Assembly (NCBI RefSeq): GCF_006345805.1
Contig: NC_043000.1
Location: 85,374,001-85,438,000 of the forward strand
Reading direction: 5' to 3'
Source: Octopus sinensis
Lineage: Eukaryota
DNA length: 64,000 nucleotides
Part shown: positions 41,064-51,980 of the stretch, piece by piece
Numbering within the stretch: position 1 is the stretch's first letter
Layout: the number at the start of each line of letters is the position of its first letter
The notes under the pieces: generated by a model
Told to the model about the DNA's origin: nothing
Databases searched by the model: none
What the model saw: only the letters and a program-made list of their open reading frames with translations
Made by a program: the position numbers and the translations under genes

Positions 41064-42188
41064 GATACATAATTTTATGACCTTCTGAAGAAGTTAGAGA
41101 TTTTGATTATGAAGCAGGGTCATAAAATAATTCATTTACGAACAATCAGACAATTTAAGATAAAAGTATAAAAAAAAACAAAGACCATAAAATTCCTGAC
41201 CTGGTTAAAGGTCAGGTATTCATATCAAAGTTACAGACAATTATATATATGTATGTATACATGCATATATAATTTATTTATATATATATATATACACATA
41301 TATACATATGTATATACTTATGTACATATATACGTGTGTGTGTATATATACTGATAATATTTATACTCAATTTCTAACAAAATATTTTTTGTTTAATTAA
41401 AAAGAATCAAGCCACGTTTGTGTGTGTGTGTGTGTTCTGTACAGTGTTTCTAGTTCTACATTATAGACAATCGCTATTGTATATTAATCCTAAATACTTG
41501 AGATTTACAGTTAATTTTAGGTCAGTTTGTTTACTTGCCCTTCAACCTCTTTTTGCAAATAGAAAAGATCTAGACATGTTTTCAGAAAATTTTCTGTCAT
41601 TCATTCATTCATTCATTCATTCATTCAGTTTTTCTCTCTCTGTTTCTTTCTTTCTTTCTTTCTTTCCATTTTGAATTTAATATTTGGGAGATGAAAGATA
41701 GAAAGAAAGAAGAAGAAAGAGAGAACAAATGCAGGAAAGAAAAAAATGAAGGAAGAAAGAAGGAACTGAAAGAAAAGAAAAAGACAGTAAGAAAAGCTAA
41801 AATAATAAAATCCAGCAGGTGTAATTTTCTGAACAGTTAACTCCATTGTTAGAGAGTATATGTTTACAATATCTTCTACATCTTGAGTAATTTGATCTCT
41901 GATCTTCATCAGGTGTCTCATTCCTTGATCTGTACCTAAAACTGGATAAAGAATTTGGAATAGTTATGGAGATCATATTATTATATTTTATTGCAGTGAA
42001 TATTTCTTTTAACATATAAAATTAAAAATCAAAATTAGAAATAATTATACAAGGAAGAAAAGACATTAAGCATTAAGGTTTCACAGTATTTTACTTATTC
42101 TGGCAAACATGGGAGATAACTTTGGACATGTTTCATTTTTACTTCAGTGTCCTTACCAAGGTAGTGGTAACAGCATCACTAAATAGAT

Positions 42189-42592
42189 ACTCTTTTACTT
42201 GTTTCAGTCATTTGAATTTGACTGTGGCCATGCAGGAGCACCACCTTTAGTCGAGCAAATTGACCCCAGGACTTATTCTTTATAAGCCTAGTACTTATTC
42301 TATCGGTCTCTTTTGCTGAACCGCTAAGTTACGGGGACGTAAACACACCAGCATCAGTTGTCAAGCGATGTTGGGGGACAAACACAGACACACAAACATA
42401 TACACTCACATACATATATATATATGCATATATACGACGGGCTTCTTTCAGTTTCCGTCTACCAAATCTACTCACAAGGTTTTGGTCCGCCCGAGGCCAT
42501 AGTAGAAGACACTTGCCCAAGGTGCCACGCAGTGGGACTGAACCCGAAACCATGTGGTTGGTAAGCAAGCTACTTACCACACAGCCACTCCT
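42189..42592 (-). mobile_element. tRNA-derived CORE-type SINE (octopus OR-like), bipartite with internal microsatellite
   Basis: Minus strand: GGAGTGGCTGTGTGGTAAG...GGTTCAGTCCC (A/B-box-like), CORE-like GGCACCTTGGGCAAGTGTC, (TA/TG)n, then second module ending GACTGAAACAAGTAAAAGAG. Confidence 0.8.
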
Positions 42593-42849
42593 TTTTGTAT
42601 AAAAGTAAACAAAAATGAACATACATTAGGGAATAAATTACTGAGAGAAATTATTTGGTGTAATAATGTTATATCCACTCGGTCAGCTTATGCAATAGTA
42701 ATCTCTTTATTAAGAATTTCATTACACTAGTTTAGTCATAAAGGTTCTTCATTTGAATCTGGTCTGAGATTCTTTATACAACCAGGAATAAGACACTTTA
42801 TGTACATCCAGGAGATCAAAACAATCGAAATTTAGTCATTGTCGTCATT

Positions 42850-43100
42850 ATCATCATCATCATCATCATCATCATCACTTAATATCCTCTTTTCCATGCT
42901 TGCATGGATTGGATGAAGTTTATTTGAGGCTGATTTTCAATGGCTAGATGCCCTTCTTGTTGCCAACCCTCACCTGTTTCCAGGAAAGGTAATATTTCCC
43001 AAAGCTAGACATGTTTTTGTGGAGTACTGGAAATGAATAACACTGCTTCTGTGACAGTAACACTCATTTACAACTGTCACTTGATGTCAAGACAAAGAGA
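42850..43100 (-). mobile_element. SINE-like element sharing the RTE 3' tail
   Basis: (CAT)n-TTAAT.TCC..TTTTCCATGCTTGCATGG...GATGCCCTTC matches the RTE 3' end, then diverges. Similar copies at 1-170, ~2555-2710, ~19270-19552, ~20540-20825, ~21560-21760 and ~24300-24530. Confidence 0.6.
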
Positions 43101-43571
43101 CATGAACACATACACACACACTTACACACATACATACATACACATACACAAATACACACACACATATATATATATATTAGACAGAGTGAGATAACAAACC
43201 CAAGACTGTGAGGAGTTTTCAAGACATTTATAATGAAATAGTCTTACATCTGTTTCTGGGATATTATGGATATCCCTTCATCAGAGACGATGTGAGTAAA
43301 TATCTGAGTTCAAATTATTGTGGAAATATAGGGAATATAGAGGGAAATAAGAAAATGAAAGTAGAAATAAGATATATAAAGATATTGTAGTTGCAGTTCC
43401 ATTATTCAAAGGAAATGGTGTAGAGAAGTGGTAAAAAATTTTCCTGTACATGGTATGTAAGTTCCAATAGCAGTTCATGTTTAGTCATTTCAAAGTATGG
43501 AGCCATGGAATCAGTGTTGCTCGTATGAAAAGGTTTTGTGGTATGTATGTATGAATATATACACACACATG

Positions 43572-43668
<97 letters not shown>

Positions 43669-43721
43669 CACACATGTATGCTAATAAAGTACCACCAGCT
43701 TTCTTTCCCCCAAGCTCTTCT

Positions 43722-43836
43722 AAGGCTTTGGCCAGCCTGGGGCTATAATAGGAGACAGATACCAAAGATACCATGCGTGGGACTGAACCCAGAACCATGT
43801 GGTTGGGAAGAAAACTTCTAATCACACAACCATGCC
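43722..43836 (-). mobile_element. CORE-type SINE 5' half fused to a foreign 48-bp segment
   Basis: Head and CORE present; the normal GTGAGTGGATTTGG continuation is replaced (see findings). Confidence 0.7.
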
Positions 43837-44436
43837 TAGTGTCTATAATTAATACCTATTGTCAATAGACACTAAATGATTCTGCCAACTGACCACTTTA
43901 ATAATAATAATAATAATAATAATAATCCTATCTTCCATAGGCACAAGGCCTGAAATTTTAGGGGACGGGATAGTCATTTAGATTGAATGCAGTGATCAGC
44001 TGGTACTTTTTATATTGAGCCCCAGAAGGATGAAAAGCAATGTTGAACTTGGTGAAATTTGGACTCAGTACATAAAGACAGATGAAATACTGATTAACAT
44101 TTTGACAGTGTGCTAAGGATTCAGCAAGCTCACCACCCTAACAATAATAATAATAACAATGATGAACTCACCTGTTGAAAGCAATGTATGAGCATTCAGC
44201 TTTTGCTGAATGGCCTGCACAAATGATTTGTTTATAGTGATCAAATGTTCATGCCACACATTAGCTCATTTCCTTCAGGTGCACTGTGTACCATACATCA
44301 GGTGTTGAGCAATGTGAGATGAAATGATTTGTTCAAGAACACAATGTACCACCTGGTCTAGAAATTGAAATCACAATCTAGCGATCATGAATGCAACACC
44401 TTAGCCACTAAGCCATGCACTCTTTATAATGATAAT

Positions 44437-44797
44437 AACAAGAGCACTCAGAGAGCACAAACCTCTGCCAAGGCAACACCAACAATTAGCTCAAGATGAA
44501 TTTTAAAATGAGAATATCTTAAATAAATTCGACTGTTCTCACAAACAAGAATACTAAAAATGAACCCAACTGCTCTCAAAAATCAAGTAAAAAAACAGAA
44601 AAATAATCCAGAATCCTTGTCAGGTACCAGATCAATCCCAAAATCTAATCAGCTCATGCCAGTCATGAGGTCAAACATTCCTGAAAGTTTCATCCAAATC
44701 CATCCAGCGATTCTTGAGATATCTTGTCCACGGACAAACAAACAAGCAAACATGGCTGAAAGCAATACCTCCACCTTTGCAAAGGTGGAGGTAATAA
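44437..44797 (-). mobile_element. Helentron-type non-autonomous element (HINE/DINE-like)
   Basis: One end has the 13-bp-arm palindrome TACCTCCACCTTT-GC-AAAGGTGGAGGTA (44766-44793) next to (TTTG)n; the other end has subterminal CCTTGGCAGAGGT...GAGTGCTCTTGTT (minus strand). Confidence 0.7.
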
Positions 44798-44899
44798 TAA
44801 TAATAACAACAACAAGAGTGGAAACCTCTGCCAAGGCAACACCTAGAGTCACAGCAAGACATAGGGAACCAAAAACCCAAATGAAGTTAAAAACCAGAA

Positions 44900-45762
44900 A
44901 ATAGAACAGAAATTATCTGACTGGCAGGAGAAGGTGTTGCATGGTAGATTCCCAAAGATAGTTGCAGAAAATAGTAGTAGTGAGATATGGCTATGGTTGC
45001 AGAAAGGAAAGCTGAAAAGGGAGACAGAAAGTTTGTTAGCAGCTGCACAAGATCAGGCATTAAGGACAAATTGGATAAAAACCAAGATAGACAAAAACAA
45101 AGTAGATTCCCAATGTAGGTTATGCAAATCAATAAGAGGAAAGCATTACTCATATAGTAAGTGAATGTAGTGTGTTGGCACAGAAAGAATACAAGAAAAG
45201 ACACAACAACCTAGGGAGAGTAATCCACTGGGAGTTATGTAGAAAGCTAGGATTTAAACATACTAATAAATGGTATGAACATTAAACCAGTAAAGTACTA
45301 GAAAGTAATAAATACAAGATGTTGTGGAACTTTAACATTCAACCTGACAGAGTAATAGAAGCTAGAAGGCCTGATTTAGTAGTAGCAGATAATGAGAATA
45401 GAAAATGCCAGGTAATTGACCTTACAGTCCCAAATGATTAAAAAAAATCAATATGAGAAGAATAGAAAAAATGGCAAAGTACCAGGATCTAGCCATTGAA
45501 TTATAGACACTATTGAATGTGCAGGTAAAATGTATCCCTGTAGTTATAGGTGCATTCGGAACTATCCCTAAAGATATGAACAGATGGATAGAGGAAATAG
45601 GCATAAAGCCCAGTTTAGTACAGCTCCAGAAACCAGTTTTATTAGGGACAGCTAGGATACTTAGGAGGGTTCCTGGCATCTATGAATATTTGTTGTAGCC
45701 CAATGTTAGGAGTTTTTCTTTCCCAACAATCTAATCTGTTGTGTGTATATGAAAATAATAAG
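44900..45762 (+). mobile_element. R4/Dong-like non-LTR retrotransposon 3' fragment (zinc knuckle + restriction-like endonuclease), degenerate
   Basis: LHGRF...TESLLAAAQDQALRTN...CRLC...THIVSEC...EYKKRHN...IHWELC, then RRPDLVV.D...ID..VP.D...KYQDLAIEL (PD-(D/E)xK) and PVVIGAFGTIP. Ends GAAAATAATAA. Confidence 0.85.
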
Positions 45763-46309
45763 ATGCGTGGTGGTGGTGAGGATGGGCAAGAAGAGGAGTG
45801 AAATAGGACAAGTGTGTGTATTATAACTAGTATAATGACCCTCACAACATACAACAAAATCTGTTTCAACCAATAGCTTCACATCAAGATTCTTGCAAAC
45901 TAAATACAAAAATGACATATCAATTATACAACATGGAAATCAATAGGAAAATAAGCTTTAGATTATGGAATTCCACATAATGGCAAGATTTTTAAGGATA
46001 TGGAATTAATTGATTGAGTAATTAATAGATCAATTTGTTTCTCAAAGTTCACCCATCACAGTGTCTGTTGACAATAAACCCCCTCCTACATCTTAGCACT
46101 ATTTCACATTGTCTCTTTTTCCTCTTTGCTATATGTCTGGTGAATTTGTGTTGTGTGTGTGTGTGGTTTTAATTGGGGTGGAGGAATGTTTCTGAGATTG
46201 CTTTTGTATGTGAGGGTAAATGTAGCAAAGTTGTGTGGAATTTGTGTTGAACTTTTGGTCTTGAGAATTTAAATTTTGAAACACACACATACCTCTGTGT
46301 GTGTGTATT

Positions 46310-46560
46310 TGTGGAGGGACATGCCTTAGTGGTTAAGGTGGCACTATTGATTGTAAGACTGGGACTTCAATTCCTGGATTGGATGATGCATAGAGTTCTT
46401 GTGCAAAATACTTCAGTACATGTTGCTCCAGTCCACTCAGCTAGCAAAAAGGAGTAATCCTGTGACAGACTGGCATCCCATCCAGGAGTGGGCAGAATAC
46501 CTATGCCACAGAATCTGAGAAACTGGCCTTACAAACCTATTGCTTAGGAAGGACCTTTCA
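46310..46560 (+). mobile_element. third tRNA-derived SINE family (V/Meta-like central region)
   Basis: CCTTAGTGGTTAAGG...TTCAATTCC head, then CTCCAGTCCACTCAGCT...CCTGTGACAGACTGGCATCCCATCCAGG. A related tRNA-headed SINE lies at ~44160-44421 (-). Confidence 0.55.
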
Positions 46561-46592
46561 TCTTTTTTCTTTATGTATGTAATATCAATGTA

Positions 46593-47166
46593 CTGGGTTA
46601 TCCGGAAAGTTCGTGCCAATTTATAGTAGCTTACCTTTCAACTTATTTTAGAACATGGTTGAATCCATAAAATAGGATTTGACTACACCTCCATTTAGAG
46701 CACAGTTTAAACTATCTTTTCATGGAAGAAGGTTTATGTTCCTATACCTTGTGTTAATTCTGTAACCCTTTAAAATGGAAGATAAGAAAGTTCATTTTCG
46801 GCACTTGATGCTTTTCTTTTTCTGTAAAGGGAAAAATGTCTCACAAGCAACCAAAGAAATATGCACAGTTTACAGTGATGTTTCTTTATCCGAAAGAACT
46901 GTACGGAAGTGGTTCGCAAGGTTCCAAGCTGGAGATTGTAGCCTTATTGATAAAGAGCGATCAGGCAGACCATCCACTACAGATTGTGACCAAATCAAGT
47001 CATTAATTGAGAATAACCCACATTGCACAACCTGAGAATTGGCAGAAGGCCTCAACCTATCAAAATCTGTCGTTCATGAGCACCTGGTAAAGCTTGGGTA
47101 ATGGCAAGTATTTATTGACCTTTTTCTTTCCTTTAAAAATCAGCACAAACTTTCCGGATAACCCAA
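46593..47166 (+). mobile_element. internally deleted mariner (574 bp), same family as 22306-23565
   Basis: TA flanks, both TIRs retained, 5' transposase ORF 46775-47035 nearly identical to the long copy. It jumps from GCTTGGGTA straight to the 3' subterminal ATGGCAAGTATTTATTGACC. Confidence 0.93.
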
Positions 47167-47290
47167 TATTTATGTGTGTATGCATATATGAATGTATGTG
47201 GGTATGTATATATGTGTATGTGTGTGTGTAGAGGGGAATAACTATTTTTATCAAAAATATATACGTATACATATATATATATATATATAT

Positions 47291-47581
47291 CATGGTTTAT
47301 AATCATTCAAAAAAAAGTAAGAAAATGGAGATGTAACATTTAATAATAATATCATCTACTAATGATTCTAAAATACAACACTTAAAAACCTAATGGTATA
47401 TCTTTCTTCTAGCTTCTGAAGAGAATTTGTCCAATATAATGATTTTATTAATTACTATTTAATCTATTAGGCTTAATTGAAGCGGTTGCAAGGGACCATA
47501 TTTGACTTTTGCAGATAATAAATTTCTATTAACTGATATATCTCCATTTTCTTACTTTCTTTTGAATGATTATAAACCATG
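47291..47581. mobile_element. foldback/MITE with 42-bp terminal inverted repeats
   Basis: 47291-47332 matches the reverse complement of 47540-47581 at 41/42; AT-rich interior; sits at a (TA)n edge. Confidence 0.8.
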
Positions 47582-47616
47582 ATTTATATATAAACCTATT
47601 GTTTTATGAATAATAT

Positions 47617-48650
47617 TGTTGTGAGTTCAACTTAAGGACAGAGCCGGCGACCTAGATTTGGCAATGAATCCATTGTTCTGCCGGATGCGGGTTGATTAAT
47701 TAGCTCTGGGGAGACTCCCCGACCCCTTCGGGTGAATTAGGGTTCATTTGGAGGGCTGCCCCCTTAAGTAAGCAGTTCAGTGTGTGAGAGACAGTGAAGA
47801 AGAGGAAGAAGAAAGTAGTGAGGAAGACAGATTAAGGAATCTGAGCGGCGATAGAGAGAGTATTAGAGCTAAGAGAGAGATTGAGGGTAGTGACAGAGCA
47901 AGAGGTTTTGGGCAGTCGGTATTTGGTCGTCAAGGTGAGCGGTTGGATTTAGGAGCGAGGATTTGGAATTCAAGGCAAGCGTTTAGCAAGTTGGAGTTAG
48001 CAGTACTGAGAGAGATGAGGTGCAATATGAGACACTGGCTATTCTAGTAGGAATAGGGGTACGTGAATTGTGTATTGATATGTGAAGAAAAAGAAGGAAA
48101 AAGAATCGATGTAAAGAGACTGTTGAAAAGAAATGAGACAGTGAAAAGAGCAATGTGAACTGTGTAAAAACATTGTGTACAGAGTTGTTGGAAAGAGAAC
48201 TGTGTAATGAACATTGAACTGTATAGGCCTTTAATGTCCTTTGAACTGTAACTTTAATGTGATTTGAAACAGAACTGTTGTCTCCGGACGTGTACTCTTG
48301 AAATGCTGTTGTTATTGAATTTAATGTGTTGTTACCGGACAGTTTAAATGCTTTGACCTGTATGATGTATTGAGTTGTTACTTGCATGTCCTCTTTTAAA
48401 TGTATCTGATATGTATTTGATGTTGTAACAATTAATAGTCATATAAACTAGTTGTTAAATGTAAGCCAATTGCCTTGCCTATTTGTGTCTCTCTCGATTG
48501 CCTCTGTGTGCCTCTATGCGGCTGCTGCTGCTGTTGTTGTTGTATCTCTCTCTCCTCTCCGAGTTTCCGTGGCAAACATTCGCTGCATCGAACGGGCCTG
48601 TGTGAGGGATTCCGTAACAGCTTTCGTTCGACGGAGGTCCCCTCGTAACA
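47617..48650. mobile_element. solo LTR (1034 bp), Ty3/Gypsy-like
   Basis: Termini TGTTGTGAG...CTCGTAACA (7/9 inverted), 4-bp ATAT duplication on both sides, CpG-richer than the flanks, no internal coding region. Confidence 0.75.
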
Positions 48651-48806
48651 ATATTATTATTCACAACAAGTATTAAGTATTAAACCAGTAATTCATTGTA
48701 TGATACCACACCTTAATGAGGCTAATTTAACCTTTAATTGAATGTATGTGTGTATATATATATATATTGTTATATGTAACAATAATTGTTATATATATGT
48801 ATATAT

Positions 48807-50099
48807 AACTCTATAAGATGCACCAAGTGTAAGCTATGGACACATAAGAGGTGCAGCAATGTCAAAGGAAGGCTAACAAGGAAAATAGTTTTTGTATGTG
48901 GCAGATGCTCAGAAGCAATAAACACTGAAAATGTGCAGAGACCAACTTCCACCACATTCCAGGGAGAAAAACTAGAAATAGTTGATAGCTTCCGTTACCT
49001 AGGTGACCAAGTCAGTAGCGGGGGTGAGTGTGCTGAAAGTGTAACTGCTAGAGTAAGAATAGCCCGGGCAAAGTTCAGAGAGCTCTTACCCCTGCTGGTG
49101 ACAAAAGGCCTCTCGCTCAGAGTAAAAGGCAGACTGTATGATGCATGTGTACGAACAGCCATGCTACATGGCAGTGAAACATGGGCCGTGACTGCTGAGG
49201 ATATGTGTAAGCTCGCAAGAAATGAAGCCAGTATGCTCCGATGGATGTGTAATGTCAGTGTTCATACTCGACAGAGTGTAAGTACCTTGAGAGAAAAGCT
49301 GGACCTAAGAAGCATCAGTTGTGGTGTGCAAGAAAGATGTTTGCACTGGTATGGTCATGTGACGAGAATGGCTGAAGATAGTTGTGTGAAAAAGTGCCAC
49401 ACCCTAGCAGTTGAGGGAACCTGTGGAAGAGGTAGACCCAGGAAAACTTGGGATGAGGTGGTGAAGCACGACCTCCGAACTTTAGGTCTCACCGAGGAAA
49501 TGACTAGAGACCGAGACCTATGGAAGTATGCTGTGCGTGAGAAGACCCAGCAGGACAAGTGAGACCATAACCCATGGCCTCTACCTGGGATGTAGCCAGT
49601 CCACTTATGCATACCTTTCCTTCTTGGGACACAAAACTCTACTTGTGAAGACCTGTTGAGGCAAGTGGAAATCAAAATCGAAATCGATCAACATCAATGG
49701 AAATTGTAGCTGTGATACCAGTGCCGGTGGCACGTAAGCAAACCATCCGAACTTGGCCGTTGCTAGCGCCGCCCCAATGGGCTTCCGTGCCGGTGGTACG
49801 TAAAAAGCACCATCCGATCGTGGCCATTGCCAGCCTCGCCTGGTCCCCGTGTCCATGGGATGTAAAAAGCACCATCCGATCGTGGCCGTTGCCAGCCTCG
49901 CCTGGCCCCCGTGCTGGTGGCACGTAAAAAGCACCCACTACACTCATGGAGTGGTTGGCGTTAGGAAGGGCATCCAGCCGTAGAAACATTACCAGATCAG
50001 ACTGGGCCTGGTGCAGCCTTCTGGCTTCCCAGACCCCAGTTGAACCGTCCAACCCATGCTAGCATGGAAAGCAGACGCTAAATGATGATGATGATGATG
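48807..50099 (+). mobile_element. RTE LINE 3' fragment (~1.3 kb) with open C-terminal ORF
   Basis: ORF NSIRCTKCKLWTHKRC...FRYLG...RGRPRKTW...QQDK* matches the 35-38 kb copy; 3'UTR repeats and (ATG)n tail. Confidence 0.95.
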
Positions 50100-50151
50100 T
50101 TGTATTTCAGGATGGTCTTTTTTTTTTTTTGCCAAATAAACACACACCTTA

Positions 50152-50605
50152 CAGCCTTGGCCAAAAGTATTAGGCCACCCCAATGTTTTATGGTTCAGCT
50201 ATGTTAAAGGAACTCGTGCACGTGGTATATTATGGCATATTTCACAATAGACATTAGTTTTAATATCTTGTTGACCCTTCTTAAGCATCAATTACTACTT
50301 TTATACTGTACTGTACATATGTAACCAATTATGAGTAAGACCAACGTCCAAAATTAACTTATGAATTCTCGATTATTTCAGAGATTTATGCTAAAATACA
50401 TTATAGATACAGTTAATAAACAGTAAAATGTCTAAAACAAGGGAGTTAAGTGAGCGTGAGTGAGATCAAATTGTAGATCATCATGAAGATGAAATGTCTC
50501 AAAGGCAAATGGCTCAGAAGATAAAATGTTCTTGATGTGCAGTGCAAACGACTCTCGAGTGCTTCAGAGAGACAAAAGATGTGAAGACTATATAAAGAAC
50601 AGGTA
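50152..50605 (+). mobile_element. Tc1-like transposon 5' fragment
   Basis: TA|CAGCCTTGGCCAAAAGTATTAGGCCAC left TIR. From 50428, MSKTRELSERE*DQIV...MSQRQMAQKIKCS*CAVQ is a paired-like HTH start with stops. No right TIR seen. Confidence 0.75.
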
Positions 50606-51778
50606 TGTGGGAATTAAAACAAACAGTCATGTATAGTCTATTATTATTGTTATCCCTACAAAAAATGCTTTTAGTTTCTTAAAAATGGTACTCTGGGTTT
50701 TTAAAGAAGCAGCAACTTTCTGATTGAACTGCTATGAATCAGCCTACAATTGGTATCTGGAAATTTTTAAACAAACAACCATTTTTCTAATGAAACAGAT
50801 TTTTATCTCTGTTCCAACAGCACAAGAGGCACAGTAGTAGCAGTATGAAAGCAAGTCATAAATATATTTTTACAAAATTTTAATATCATTGTTCATTTCA
50901 CCTGTCTGCAAACACATTTGTTTGAAAGCCCATGCTATATTGAATTTCTATAGATTCACTTGAGCTGTGCACACTCATGCACACAGACATTGATCTCACT
51001 TGTAGCTGGCACACACACTATGCAGATTTCTATATTGCACATTTGTAATTCTACTTTGAACCTTTTGCAACTTGTGCATACATATATGGTATTTTTCTGT
51101 TGCACTCTTGCATGACTAGTCATTTTTATCATTGAGTCCTGTTAGTACTTTTGCATTATAGTTCAATTTTCACTACCTTTGCTTTATGTTAATTCTCACT
51201 GAAGGCTGTTTTCCCAACAATCTTTGAGGAGTGGGTTAATGCAGCAACCTTTTGCAGATGACAGATTAGCTTCACCACCTTGTCACATGTGTTACCTGTC
51301 AGAAACTAGTAGTCTCTGACCCATACTCACCAACACATTAGTCTTAACATTGTCGGGTGTATTATTTTAGGCAATCAATGAATAGTAGTCTGTGAGTAAT
51401 TTTGGGGAGCTATTTAAACAGACCGTGTGATTGACTTTTTGATAGATTCACCTAACACCAAACAAGCCAGAGATTTGTACAATTTGCCAGCTGTTATTGA
51501 TAAATCTTCCAATATCCACTTTAGCTGATCAAACATTTTCTTTAAGCATTTGGTTGTTGTAAACAAAATCTATTAATTTGTACTGAACTCTGTTCTATCT
51601 CAAATTTATATTCACAAACTATGTGCACCAAACAAAATGCTTAGCAGCAGTACAGGGAAAAATTCAAATATAAAATGATAAATAAATTTAGAACATAAAA
51701 GATGTTAAATGGTCCCTTTTTTTTTATTCTTGAAAACATCAAATTTTGAAGATAACTGCTTAAGCCAGGCGAGGTTAA

Positions 51779-51980
51779 GCATTCAGATTTCTCTTTCAAA
51801 TATAATGCTTATTTATTTACATTCATTTGAATTAGTCATGCATTATCTTGTAGCTTTGACATTTCAACAACATAACAAATAATATTGTAGGATAAGTATA
51901 AGAGGCTGGATCTGGCCAGTTTGAAGATGAAAACAGGTGGATTATTTTGGCCAGATATGGCTAGTTTAAATGCTAAAGGG
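51779..51980. mobile_element. second TTAA-type MITE with damaged left TIR
   Basis: Right end GCTAAAGGG|TTAA. Left end TTAA|GCATTCAG appears to have lost CCCTTTA. Confidence 0.45.

Noticed and set aside
42500-42592. tRNA-like A/B boxes as tRNA genes (also at other SINE heads)
   Set aside because: No complete cloverleaf; each runs into a SINE body.
47784-48387. Acidic/Arg-rich 87-aa ORF and antisense 134-aa ORF
   Set aside because: They lie within the solo LTR and reflect purine strand bias.
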